Positions 47,553-56,571 of a stretch of 64,000 bases of DNA are shown piece by piece (within the stretch, counting starts at the first letter, position 1; the number at the start of each line of letters is the position of its first letter). The DNA is taken from NCBI GenBank assembly GCA_964633715.1, contig CAZWHQ010000004.1:5354-69353 (forward strand). Direction: 5' to 3'. The stretch comes from an uncultured Eubacteriales bacterium (GTDB lineage: Bacteria > Acidobacteriota > Aminicenantia > Aminicenantales > Aminicenantaceae). The notes under the pieces were generated by a model. It made no database searches. It saw only the letters and a program-made list of their open reading frames with translations, and had not been told where the DNA came from. The position numbers and the translations under genes are program-made.

Positions 47553-49315
47553 GATTGGGCAGGAAAGTCTAAAGAATCCACAAAATATTCCTGGAACTGG
47601 ACATCTGTCGCCAGGGAGAAAAACACAACTTTTTTTGAGAGAGCGACAACGTCTGCGCGAAGCGGGGCTGAAATCAGCAGGGCCTTTGCACCGGCTATCG
47701 AAGAATTTCCGACAAAATGGATTTTTTCTTCAGGAATCGGTGGCAAAAGACCGATTTGAATACTGTTGGAGATGTTCAAATAGTTCCCGAAGGCTCCTGC
47801 GATAAATATCCCATCAAGAAGATCGAGAGAGAGGCTTTTTTTCTCCATTATCATCCTGATTCCTGACCTGACAGCGGCCACGGCGAGCTGAAGTTCCCGA
47901 ATATCTTTTTGAGTAAGTGATAGATCTGGAGTCAACTCGATTTTGCCGGATTCATTCAAAATTTTTCCCTTTTGAGACAATAAGCCCAAATTAAGAGCAA
48001 CAGCCACGGCGTCGATCAAACCGGTCCCGCAGATGCCAAGGGCAGGTTGGCCCTGGACAGTCTCCATCTGAACAGGGTTGAGGTTTCTGACTTTGAAAAT
48101 TGCCCCCGGTAAAGCCAGCATACCGCAGCTGATATTCATCCCCTCAAAGGCCGGCCCGGCAGCCGTGGATGTGGCGACACTTTCTGTATCTGTTTTAAGA
48201 ACGATTTCTCCGTTTGTCCCAAGGTCGATAAATAGAAAATTTCCTTTTTTATTAAAAAGGTCAGACGCGATAAGACCTCCTGATATATCTCCACCAACAA
48301 AACTCTGGATATTCGGGACAATAAAGAGTTTGCCGCTGTGATGGATTTCAAAACCAATCGAGTTCGCCGGTAATTCAGGCAGAGATGAAAACAGGGCATT
48401 AAAAGGGGTTTGGGATAGGGTCTCAAGAGGAAGTCCAAGCAGTATATGGTTCATGGTTGTATTGCCGGAAAGAACGATCTCATAGACATAAAATGGGGGG
48501 ATATGGTGCTTGGAGAGGATTTGAGCGATTTTTTGATTGAGGTTTTCGAGGACTGTTTGTTTTAGTTCTTCCAGGTTGGATTTTCCGGAAATGGAAAAGC
48601 CTATTCTGGAGACGACATCGGCTCCGAATTGAGACTGGCTGTTTTCTGAGGCTATCTTGTCGATACTTTTCCCCGAATTGAGATCGATAAGTTCAACAAC
48701 AAGTGTTGTTGTGCCCAAATCGATTGCAATCCCATAACAGTGATTTGATGTATTGCCCTCTTCAATGGCGATAATTTCACTGTTTTTATGAATAACGGAT
48801 GTGATTTTGTATTGGTTTTTTTCGAGGATTGGATGCACTGTTTTAAGCAGTCTAAGAGGAACAGACAATTTTGTGTTCTTTAAGCTCTTTTGGAAAAGTT
48901 CAATGAATGACTGGGGTTCGGCAAGTGTGGGTTTTGGCAGTTGGATAAAAAACTTTTTTACTGAGGGATCCAAAGTCACAGGTGTTTTAACACCGGATTT
49001 CAAAATGTTCTGTTTTTGCAAAAGAGATTCTTCAGGAATATCAATTTTTAGATCGCTCTTGATATGAAAAAGACAGGCAAGTCGATATGTTTTTTCTAGA
49101 TTTTTCTCCATAAGAAAGGATTCTTCCTGTTCCCCTAGAGGGGCGAGGTGGCCATCGATAATATTTACCAGGCATTTTCCGCACACTCCAAGAAGGCCGC
49201 AGTCTGACCGTAGATTTATCCCTGCTTTTTGTAGGGCATCTGCAAGGAGAGTATCCTCTTCGACAGAAATTGTTTTGTTTAAGGGAAATATTTCGATGCT
49301 GAATTTCTGGCTCAT
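47549..49315 (-). CDS. Second RACo/RamA-like corrinoid reductive activase ([2Fe-2S] ferredoxin + ASKHA ATPase).
   Basis: N-terminal ferredoxin Cys pattern (CGLLGVCGKC...C), DUF4445-like body, 588 aa. Convergent with the corrinoid protein gene, overlapping it by 4 nt. Confidence 0.75.
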   Translation of the reverse strand: MSQKFSIEIFPLNKTISVEEDTLLADALQKAGINLRSDCGLLGVCGKCLVNIIDGHLAPLGEQEESFLMEKNLEKTYRLACLFHIKSDLKIDIPEESLLQKQNILKSGVKTPVTLDPSVKKFFIQLPKPTLAEPQSFIELFQKSLKNTKLSVPLRLLKTVHPILEKNQYKITSVIHKNSEIIAIEEGNTSNHCYGIAIDLGTTTLVVELIDLNSGKSIDKIASENSQSQFGADVVSRIGFSISGKSNLEELKQTVLENLNQKIAQILSKHHIPPFYVYEIVLSGNTTMNHILLGLPLETLSQTPFNALFSSLPELPANSIGFEIHHSGKLFIVPNIQSFVGGDISGGLIASDLFNKKGNFLFIDLGTNGEIVLKTDTESVATSTAAGPAFEGMNISCGMLALPGAIFKVRNLNPVQMETVQGQPALGICGTGLIDAVAVALNLGLLSQKGKILNESGKIELTPDLSLTQKDIRELQLAVAAVRSGIRMIMEKKSLSLDLLDGIFIAGAFGNYLNISNSIQIGLLPPIPEEKIHFVGNSSIAGAKALLISAPLRADVVALSKKVVFFSLATDVQFQEYFVDSLDFPAQS

Positions 49316-49440
49316 TACCCCATAGTGTATTGCATTATTGTTCTGTTTGGCAAGATTTTCTGTTTTACGTAAAAGACAAATGATTCAAGTTTTAGTACAC
49401 TGGAGTTGAAAAAGGAAAATTTGAAAAAGAGGAGTTTGCT

Positions 49441-49788
49441 ATGCCAATGAATTTGAAAAGTTATGTCATCGATGGCTATGTTATTGAGATTTTTAGCATT
49501 GATAAACGGGGGAAGAGAACACGTTGGGGAGACAAATTGATTAAACTGTATTCGGAAGGAAAAAACGTTGGGCAGGCTGTATTTGCATCTGAAGGAGAAA
49601 GGCCACCGGAGCCTTATCACTCAGAAGAAAAAATCTATTATTTTGCCCCCTCCAGCCAGTATCAGGTTATCCTTGATCTTCTGAGAAATATGGAAGCAAA
49701 TCCTGTATATTTTGCATGGAGACCTACGAATGATCCGAAGGAAACCAATGATGGGGATGCTGTATTCTACACAGATCAAATTAAATGA
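49441..49788 (+). CDS. Hypothetical protein of 115 aa.
   Basis: An AGAGGAG RBS upstream; no recognisable motif. Confidence 0.4.
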   Translation: MPMNLKSYVIDGYVIEIFSIDKRGKRTRWGDKLIKLYSEGKNVGQAVFASEGERPPEPYHSEEKIYYFAPSSQYQVILDLLRNMEANPVYFAWRPTNDPKETNDGDAVFYTDQIK

Positions 49789-49865
49789 TCGTGTTGTATT
49801 CAAAAAAATGGATCGGAAGCTTATCATTTAGAAAATCAATTTAGAAAAACACGCTACCTGGAATT

Positions 49866-49905
49866 AGTATAGTTAAGTATATTAAAGTATATTAAAGTAT
49901 AGTCA
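49866..49905. repeat. Short tandem repeat with 10-bp period (AGTATATTAA-like units, about 4 copies) immediately upstream of the HTH gene.
   Basis: Seen directly: gtatagttaagtatattaaagtatattaaagtatag. Confidence 0.5.
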
Positions 49906-49911
49906 AAAAGA

Positions 49912-50190
49912 ATGAGAATTTTGAAATTTGGTAAAAAAAAGATCAAGCAGTATACGGTCAAGGACTTGATGGAGATACTGGATATATCCAAAGTGACAGC
50001 GTTGAAGTTACTCAAGTCCGGTCAATTGAGGTCAATCCGAATAGGCCGACAGTATTGGATCAATGAGGACGACTTGATCGAATTTCTCCTCGGAGATCAA
50101 AATCGTATTAAAGAAACTTATGAAGATGTTTTAAAATTAAAGGTTAGAAATCCTTTTTACAGATTTATTTTGAAACGTCTGCTGAAATAG
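49912..50190 (+). CDS. Excisionase/MerR-like helix-turn-helix DNA-binding protein (HTH_17-like).
   Basis: YTVKDLMEILDISKVTALKLLKSGQLRSIRIGRQYWINEDDL matches the excisionase-family HTH pattern. 92 aa. Confidence 0.5.
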   Translation: MRILKFGKKKIKQYTVKDLMEILDISKVTALKLLKSGQLRSIRIGRQYWINEDDLIEFLLGDQNRIKETYEDVLKLKVRNPFYRFILKRLLK

Positions 50191-51430
50191 TGAAAGATTC
50201 TCTTCTCTCTCCATTTGATTCAAGAACATCCACAGTTAATTTTTTCTGAGAGACTAAAACCTTAAAAATAGTATCCTTCGCTCCGATAACGAGTGGGTAA
50301 AGGTGCTCGTTATTAGGCTGGAGAATTTCAAACCGGTGAGTATGCCCACAGATAAGAAGGTCTATTCCAACATCATTAAAAATTGGACCCCATGACTTCC
50401 TTATATATTGCTCTCCATGTCCGATTCTTCCCTCTCTTCCTGTATAAGGAGGAATATGACAGATCACAATCTGAAACACGGCATTCGAGAAATCTTCTTT
50501 TTTGGAATTCTCTTCCAACCACTCAGCCTGTAAATCGCGGTATCTGTCAAAATCGGCCAGACCTGCATATACAGGGTGAGAATCGGGTTTATCTTCCCCG
50601 GTGTCCAAAACAATAAAATGAGCGGGTCCATGGTTGAACGAGTAGTAATACCTGTTATCTCTTGGAGGGATATATTCAGGAAGATGTCTAGCAAGAATCC
50701 CTCTGGTCTCATGATTCCCCCTGATAAGAATAAAAGGAGTGTTTTTGGCAAATTTATTCACACACGTATCCAGAAAGCCGGCAAAAATTTGATTTTCATC
50801 TTCAAAATGATTGATGGAGTCTCCGTTGAGAAATATCATGTCGATTTTATCCCAGGAAACAGCTTGAATTTGTGTATTCAGCCTTGCGGCATCTTCGTGA
50901 ATGTCACAGACAACATAAAATGTCGTTGATTCCTGCAGAGGATTGAGCGTTTTAAAGGTGAAAATATCACTCACAACGGTTGTTCCAAAGAGAACCTCGT
51001 AGGGTTGAAATTGCACGATTTCTTTCGAGATGACGCGGTATCTGTACGATTTTCCCGGTTCCAGATCACGGATAATAATTTTGTGGTTTTTTGTATAGGC
51101 ATCAATGAGGCCATGGGAACTGCTGACCTCTGTCTGGACAAGGCTTCCCCATTGAGGGAAAGTCAACAAATTCTCACCTGTACCGTATTCAATTCTTGAC
51201 ACACAATTTTTATTTGTAAACCACATGATTGTGACTGAATTCTCTGTAATATTCTGAAGATATGGTCCATGTGTTATGGCTAGAGCCTCGCTTTTTTCTT
51301 CCTGTGCAAATATCTGACCGGAGAATAGAAAAAAGAATACGAAAAAAAATAGCGAAATATAAATTTGAAGTCTCTTAATCATATTGTTCTCCAATAAAGA
51401 ATTTTTGCATCTGTTTGGACAAGTATACAA
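50165..51430 (-). CDS. Secreted calcineurin-like metallophosphoesterase (purple-acid-phosphatase-like).
   Basis: Signal peptide; metallophosphoesterase motifs (GDxxY...GNHE: IRGNHETRG; GHTH: CGHTHRFE). Confidence 0.75.
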   Translation of the reverse strand: MYTCPNRCKNSLLENNMIKRLQIYISLFFFVFFFLFSGQIFAQEEKSEALAITHGPYLQNITENSVTIMWFTNKNCVSRIEYGTGENLLTFPQWGSLVQTEVSSSHGLIDAYTKNHKIIIRDLEPGKSYRYRVISKEIVQFQPYEVLFGTTVVSDIFTFKTLNPLQESTTFYVVCDIHEDAARLNTQIQAVSWDKIDMIFLNGDSINHFEDENQIFAGFLDTCVNKFAKNTPFILIRGNHETRGILARHLPEYIPPRDNRYYYSFNHGPAHFIVLDTGEDKPDSHPVYAGLADFDRYRDLQAEWLEENSKKEDFSNAVFQIVICHIPPYTGREGRIGHGEQYIRKSWGPIFNDVGIDLLICGHTHRFEILQPNNEHLYPLVIGAKDTIFKVLVSQKKLTVDVLESNGERRESFTISADVSK

Positions 51431-51651
51431 CTTTGTCTTTGTCTAAGTCTCGCAATTCATCACCATTTTTATAAAGAAAAAGCAGAAATAAAACGCAATA
51501 AATTCTTGTTTTTATGATAACTAATTCATATAATTTGAATTCTTCTCATGAGAAATCACTTCTTGCTCTTTAGAAAATTTACCTTATTTCTCATCCGTTT
51601 TCAAACTGCGGATATTAGTCCATATTCATTAAAATATTAGGAGGGACTTAA

Positions 51652-54234
51652 ATGAAAAGAAAATTATCGCCAGGACATCGTGTTTTTATGTTGTTTGTGT
51701 GTGGGGGGCTTCTTCTGTCCTTTAGTACACAGGCCATAGCAGAAAGCATTCCTGTCAAAAAAGCCAATTACAAGCTGGCTGAAAGATTCTCACCTGCAAA
51801 ATTGAGAAATATGGCATTTTCAACGAGTGTCAGTCCTCATTGGCTGAAACTCAGTGAACGCTTCTGGTACAGCTACGAAACGAGCGAAGGACAGACATTC
51901 TATATTGTAGATCCGGCCAGAAAGACTAAGAAATCCATCTTCGATAACGTCAAGATGGCGGCCCTTTTAACAAACATGACAAAAGATCCGTACGAGGCGA
52001 AACATCTTCCCATCAACACCATCAAATTTATCAAAGACGAAACTGCGATCTATTTTAAGGTGGCAAAAAATGAAGACGTTCTTGCTGCAGAAAAGAGGGA
52101 GGCCGAGTGGGAACAAAAGGATGAAGAGAAAGACAAAGAACAGACTGAAGAAGTAAAAAAGAAAAGAGAAAAAAGCGAAATCGAAAAAGCCAAAGAGGAA
52201 GCCCAGAAGTTCCATCATTTCGAATACGATTTAGCCTCGGGAAAACTGACTATGTTGGAAGACTTTGTGGACGAGCCTAACAGGGCAAGGTGGGCCAACA
52301 TTTCCCCGGATGGAGAAACCGTTCTGTTCGGGCGACATTACAACCTTTACTCCATGTCCAAAGCAGACTATGAAAAATGGCTGAACAATCCCGATGACGA
52401 GACCATCGAAGAAATCCAGCTGACCACAGATGGAGAGGAACACTTCGCCTATCACGGTGGCGGCCGCGGAGAAACCAATGTCACCAAGGAAAAAGAGAAG
52501 GACGATCGCAAATCCGTCCGGGTTTACTGGTCACATGATTCAAAGAAATTTGCCATGACAAGAACGGATTCCAGAGAGGTCAAGGACCTCTGGGTTATAA
52601 ATTCCGTTGCGGACCCCCGGCCCACATTGGAAACCTACAAATATCAAATGCCCGGTGAGGCCGAAGCTCCGCAGGAAGAATTGTTTGTTTTCGACCTGGA
52701 GTCAAAAGAAAAAACACTTATCAAGGCTGACGCCTTCAAAGACCAGACCCTTTCAATTTTTAGCCACAGATATCCGGTCAATACGCGAGATGACAGAAAT
52801 CGAGCCACCATGTGGATTTCTGAATCTCCTGACAAACTTTATTTTTCACGAACCAGCCGGGATTTAAAACGCATCGATACCTGCGTAGCCAACACCTCCA
52901 CTGGAGAGGTCACAATACTCATCGAGGAACGGCTTAACACCTATGTGGAGACAAGAAGCATCGGATTCGTCAATAACGGCCAGGAGCTCATACACTGGTC
53001 AGAGAGAGACGGCTGGGCGCATTTTTATCTTTATGACGGTGACGGAAATCTCAAAAAACAATTGACATCAGGACCCTTCCATTGTGAGAACATCGTTAGT
53101 CTCGATGAAAAGAACAGGATTCTCTATTTTACCGCCAACGGGCGGGAGAAGGGAGAAGATCCTTACTATCTCCACCTGTACCGGGTCAATTTTGACGGAA
53201 CAGGCCTCAAGCTCCTCAATAAAGATGAGTTCAACCATTCTGTCTCGGGAGATGATACGAACAAGTATTTTACGGATAATTTTTCTCGAGTCGACACCGT
53301 TCCCGTCTCTGTACTCCTGGACAATCAAGGCAACAAAATATTGGATTTAGAAACAGCTGATCTTTCACTTCTCGAAGCAGCCGGTTTCAAATTTCCCGAA
53401 CCGTTCAAGGTCAAGGCCGCCGATGGAATCACTGATCTCTATGGCGTCATGTACAAACCTTTTGACTTTGATGAAACCAAAAGCTATCCAATCATCGCCT
53501 ACGTCTATCCTGGACCTCAGACGGAATCCGTGTCCAAATCCTTTTCTTCAAGAGGAGATACAAATTACAGATTAGCTCAGTTTGGTTTTGTTGTCATCAC
53601 TGTCGGGAATCGCGGGGGCCATCCCAGCCGATCGAAATGGTACCACAATTATGGTTACGGAAACCTGAGAGATTACGGTCTAGCTGATAAAAAGGCTGTC
53701 ATTGAACAATTGGCCGATAGGCATGACTTTATCAACATCGATAAAGTGGGTATTTTTGGCCATTCGGGAGGCGGATTCATGTCAACAGCCGCCCTTCTGG
53801 TTTACCCGGATTTCTTTAAGGTGGCGGTCTCTTCTTCAGGAAACCACGAAAATAACATTTACAACAGATGGTGGAGTGAGAAACATCACGGTGTTGACGA
53901 AATCGTCGATAAGGACGGAAATATCACATTTAAGTACGATATCGAGAAGAACTCCGAAATTGCCGGTAATCTTAAGGGACGTTTGCTCATTACGACCGGT
54001 GATATCGACAACAATGTTCATCCTGGAAATACAATCAGACTTGCCAATGCCCTTATCAAGGCTAACAAGAGGTTTGACTTCTTTCTGTTTCCCGGGCAGA
54101 GGCACGGATATGGCTCGATGAATGAGTACTTTTTTTGGCTGAGAGCCGACTATTTCTGTAAACACCTTATCGGTGACTACTCACAGAGCGTTGATATCGA
54201 TGAGATCAATAGGGATATCGAGAAGAAAAGATAA
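51652..54234 (+). CDS. S9-family serine peptidase: a dipeptidyl-peptidase-IV-like N-terminal beta-propeller plus a prolyl-oligopeptidase alpha/beta-hydrolase domain. Carries a Lys/Glu-rich insertion.
   Basis: Signal peptide; GxSxGG nucleophile motif (GIFGHSGGGFMS); C-terminal Asp and His triad region (GDIDNNVHP; GQRHGY). 860 aa. Confidence 0.85.
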   Translation: MKRKLSPGHRVFMLFVCGGLLLSFSTQAIAESIPVKKANYKLAERFSPAKLRNMAFSTSVSPHWLKLSERFWYSYETSEGQTFYIVDPARKTKKSIFDNVKMAALLTNMTKDPYEAKHLPINTIKFIKDETAIYFKVAKNEDVLAAEKREAEWEQKDEEKDKEQTEEVKKKREKSEIEKAKEEAQKFHHFEYDLASGKLTMLEDFVDEPNRARWANISPDGETVLFGRHYNLYSMSKADYEKWLNNPDDETIEEIQLTTDGEEHFAYHGGGRGETNVTKEKEKDDRKSVRVYWSHDSKKFAMTRTDSREVKDLWVINSVADPRPTLETYKYQMPGEAEAPQEELFVFDLESKEKTLIKADAFKDQTLSIFSHRYPVNTRDDRNRATMWISESPDKLYFSRTSRDLKRIDTCVANTSTGEVTILIEERLNTYVETRSIGFVNNGQELIHWSERDGWAHFYLYDGDGNLKKQLTSGPFHCENIVSLDEKNRILYFTANGREKGEDPYYLHLYRVNFDGTGLKLLNKDEFNHSVSGDDTNKYFTDNFSRVDTVPVSVLLDNQGNKILDLETADLSLLEAAGFKFPEPFKVKAADGITDLYGVMYKPFDFDETKSYPIIAYVYPGPQTESVSKSFSSRGDTNYRLAQFGFVVITVGNRGGHPSRSKWYHNYGYGNLRDYGLADKKAVIEQLADRHDFINIDKVGIFGHSGGGFMSTAALLVYPDFFKVAVSSSGNHENNIYNRWWSEKHHGVDEIVDKDGNITFKYDIEKNSEIAGNLKGRLLITTGDIDNNVHPGNTIRLANALIKANKRFDFFLFPGQRHGYGSMNEYFFWLRADYFCKHLIGDYSQSVDIDEINRDIEKKR

Positions 54235-54272
54235 GGAAAACGAACACGAACACGAAAGCTTCGCATCGAATC

Positions 54273-54302
54273 CTAACTTGAAGGCCAGATTTAGGTTTTT
54301 TT
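54273..54302 (+). terminator. Candidate intrinsic terminator downstream of the S9 peptidase: a CCTAA/TTAGG stem followed by a T7 run.
   Basis: Seen in sequence. The stem is short (5 bp) and the loop is 13 nt, so it is weak. Confidence 0.3.
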
Positions 54303-54366
54303 AAAGTATATTTGGATCTGGTTTTTTACCTGCAGGGGATCGGGAATCCTGTTCCGTCTAAAATCT

Positions 54367-54546
54367 ATGGAGACAAAGGATCTCTATTTGAGATGTGTAG
54401 ATTCGGTTGTCTTCGGTTCCGTCGTGAGTGGACTCAGTTTAATGGATGCCTTTGGCGAAGTTCAATATGAAGTCACTCTAAGCCAAAAAAGACAGAGACT
54501 GACTGTTGTTGAGGGAATACTTGAATTTAAGGTTCTGTTTCCCTAG
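54367..54546 (+). CDS. Possible small ORF (59 aa; METKDLYLRCVDSVVFGSVVSGLSLMDAFGEVQYEVTLSQKRQRLTVVEGILEFKVLFP) upstream of the membrane/ABC operon. Not in the track because it is under 60 aa.
   Basis: Open frame read manually. No clear RBS, so it is speculative. Confidence 0.2.
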   Translation: METKDLYLRCVDSVVFGSVVSGLSLMDAFGEVQYEVTLSQKRQRLTVVEGILEFKVLFP

Positions 54547-54613
54547 TGTTTCCTCCCAAATAAGCCATCTCCATGTGTTTGACTATTAAAATATGACTTG
54601 ATATAAGCCAGGT

Positions 54614-55873
54614 ATGATTGTTTCTTCAAAGAGTCCCGGCTTTGCTTTTCTTCGATTTCATCTCAATGTAGGCGCACGCCTGGCAGCGAAAATTCTGGCT
54701 CCGTTGATTTCCGTATTTTTTGCCGCTCTTTATCTCTTTAAAATAGATTTTTTTATTGTTCTGGTTCGTGCTTTACTCGTTGACAGCCATTTTATAGTGT
54801 CTGGTCTTATTTATTCTGCGATTATGGTTGGGACTTCGCGTATGATCTCTCCACGAATCTGCTTAGGGCTTAACGGCTGGATCCGACACCTTCCTCTGAA
54901 AAGCCGGTCGAATAGAAGGCTGGCCCTCATCTCTATCTTTATAGCCCAGATGCCCGTGCTGTTATCGCTGTCTCTCCCCACTCTGCTGTTATCCAACAGC
55001 CTTGGAATAAATCCTGCAGTTTATTTTGCCGGGCTGCCTGTGCTGGGCCTATCGTCCGCTCTTTTTATATTGCCTATTCAGAACAGTGTCTTCATCAAGC
55101 CGTTTGTACTTGGAGCATGTATTTTGTCAGCATCCGGCAACTGGATGATGTTAATTGTGGGTGTTTTCCTCTTCGTGATTTGCGATCTCCTTTCCGGTCC
55201 GCTTGAAACCGGGAAAAAACGTCAGCAGTTTGGCAAAGTTAAAAAAGGAGTCTGGTTGGGTTTTTTTATTGTTTGGAGAGCCCTGAAATGGAGGTTAGGA
55301 TTTCCATATATTCTTTCGATTTTCACTCTCAGTCTGGCACGGATTTTTGTTCAGAATAACGACCTAAGTCCTGAGTTATCAAGTAAAATATTTCTATTTG
55401 GAGGGGCATGCAGTGTTGTCGTTTTTTGTGCTTTTCTTGCTCATATGCTGGCTGTCCGGAGGCCGCCGTGGCCCTGGTCTCGTTCACTTCCCTGGTCCTC
55501 CAGGCAAAGAGTTTTGATGAATGTTGGCTATATGGCCGCATTAGTCACTCCGCTTCTTTTGATGGCATTTGTGATGGAGAGAAAGACGTTTTTTCCTTTA
55601 CTGCTCAGTTTTCCATCACTGTGTTTTCTTTCCTCATGGACAATGAGCCGCGCTTTTAATCTCCGGACTGGTGCGTACGGGACGATTTTTGTTCATGGAA
55701 TGGTCGGAGCTTTGCTGCTCTGTCTCTTTCCCTTAATATCTATTGTGTATTTTTGTCTCGCTCCGATCCTTTTTTGGCAGGCTGTCGAGCAGGAACGTCT
55801 CCTTAAAGTGAGTCTGTGGTTGGAAAGGCATCACCTGGCTGCCGGGGATTCTTTATCATGGAGGCAGGAATGA
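54614..55873 (+). CDS. Polytopic integral membrane protein of unknown family (about 12 TM helices).
   Basis: Hydrophobicity pattern. Its stop overlaps the ABC ATPase start (ATGA). Confidence 0.5.
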   Translation: MIVSSKSPGFAFLRFHLNVGARLAAKILAPLISVFFAALYLFKIDFFIVLVRALLVDSHFIVSGLIYSAIMVGTSRMISPRICLGLNGWIRHLPLKSRSNRRLALISIFIAQMPVLLSLSLPTLLLSNSLGINPAVYFAGLPVLGLSSALFILPIQNSVFIKPFVLGACILSASGNWMMLIVGVFLFVICDLLSGPLETGKKRQQFGKVKKGVWLGFFIVWRALKWRLGFPYILSIFTLSLARIFVQNNDLSPELSSKIFLFGGACSVVVFCAFLAHMLAVRRPPWPWSRSLPWSSRQRVLMNVGYMAALVTPLLLMAFVMERKTFFPLLLSFPSLCFLSSWTMSRAFNLRTGAYGTIFVHGMVGALLLCLFPLISIVYFCLAPILFWQAVEQERLLKVSLWLERHHLAAGDSLSWRQE

Positions 55874-56571
55874 TTCGATTTGTTGATGCATTTTATAAAT
55901 ACGAAAAAACAAATCCTGTATTGTTGGGGATTAACCTGGAAATAACATCTGGCCTCACTTTACTTGTCGGGCCTAACGGATGTGGAAAAAGCACGTTATT
56001 AAAAATAGCTGCAGGAGTTGAAAAACTGGACTCCGGATCTGTCTTTATCCAGAATTTTGACCTTTGGACAGATGAAGTGGCTGCGCGGAAGAATCTGGCC
56101 TATCTCCCCGAACAGCCTGATTTGACTCCCTATGCCTCGATCAGAGAGATTTTGGATCTTGTCTGCCGGCTGCGAAGAGAGCCTACCAAGAAGGGGAGAG
56201 AGGCGCTGGAATTTTTCGGAATAGAGAAAATCTCAGAAAAAACAGTCAGGGAACTGTCTATGGGGCAGAGAAGACGTGCCGTTTTTGCTGCCTGTAAGAT
56301 CGGACTCCCTTTTTACATCCTGCTCGATGAGCCTTTAGAAGGAATGGATCTTCGTATTCAGAAAAAAATCCTTGAGTGGATCAGAATTCGTTTAAAAGAT
56401 GGGGTAAACATGATTGTTGTCTCTCATTCCATAGTCCCTTTCCTGGAATTTGTTACAAGAATTTTGACGATATATGAAGGTCAAACGTTTCTTTATGAAA
56501 CCCTGCCGGCAAATCAAAACGAGAAACGAGACTTTATAAATAATCTTGCTCAGGGTATTCTTCCAAAGTGA
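55870..56571 (+). CDS. ABC transporter ATP-binding protein with no fused membrane domain. Start taken at MIRFVD... rather than the track ORF start at 55816.
   Basis: Walker A GPNGCGKST, signature LSMGQRRR, Walker B ILLDEPLEGMD, H-loop VSHS. Confidence 0.8.
   Translation: MIRFVDAFYKYEKTNPVLLGINLEITSGLTLLVGPNGCGKSTLLKIAAGVEKLDSGSVFIQNFDLWTDEVAARKNLAYLPEQPDLTPYASIREILDLVCRLRREPTKKGREALEFFGIEKISEKTVRELSMGQRRRAVFAACKIGLPFYILLDEPLEGMDLRIQKKILEWIRIRLKDGVNMIVVSHSIVPFLEFVTRILTIYEGQTFLYETLPANQNEKRDFINNLAQGILPK

Noticed and set aside
54237-54258. acgaacacgaacacgaaag micro-repeat just after the S9 peptidase stop.
   Set aside because: Only about 2.5 copies of a 6-mer. It is too short to call as a meaningful repeat or binding-site array.
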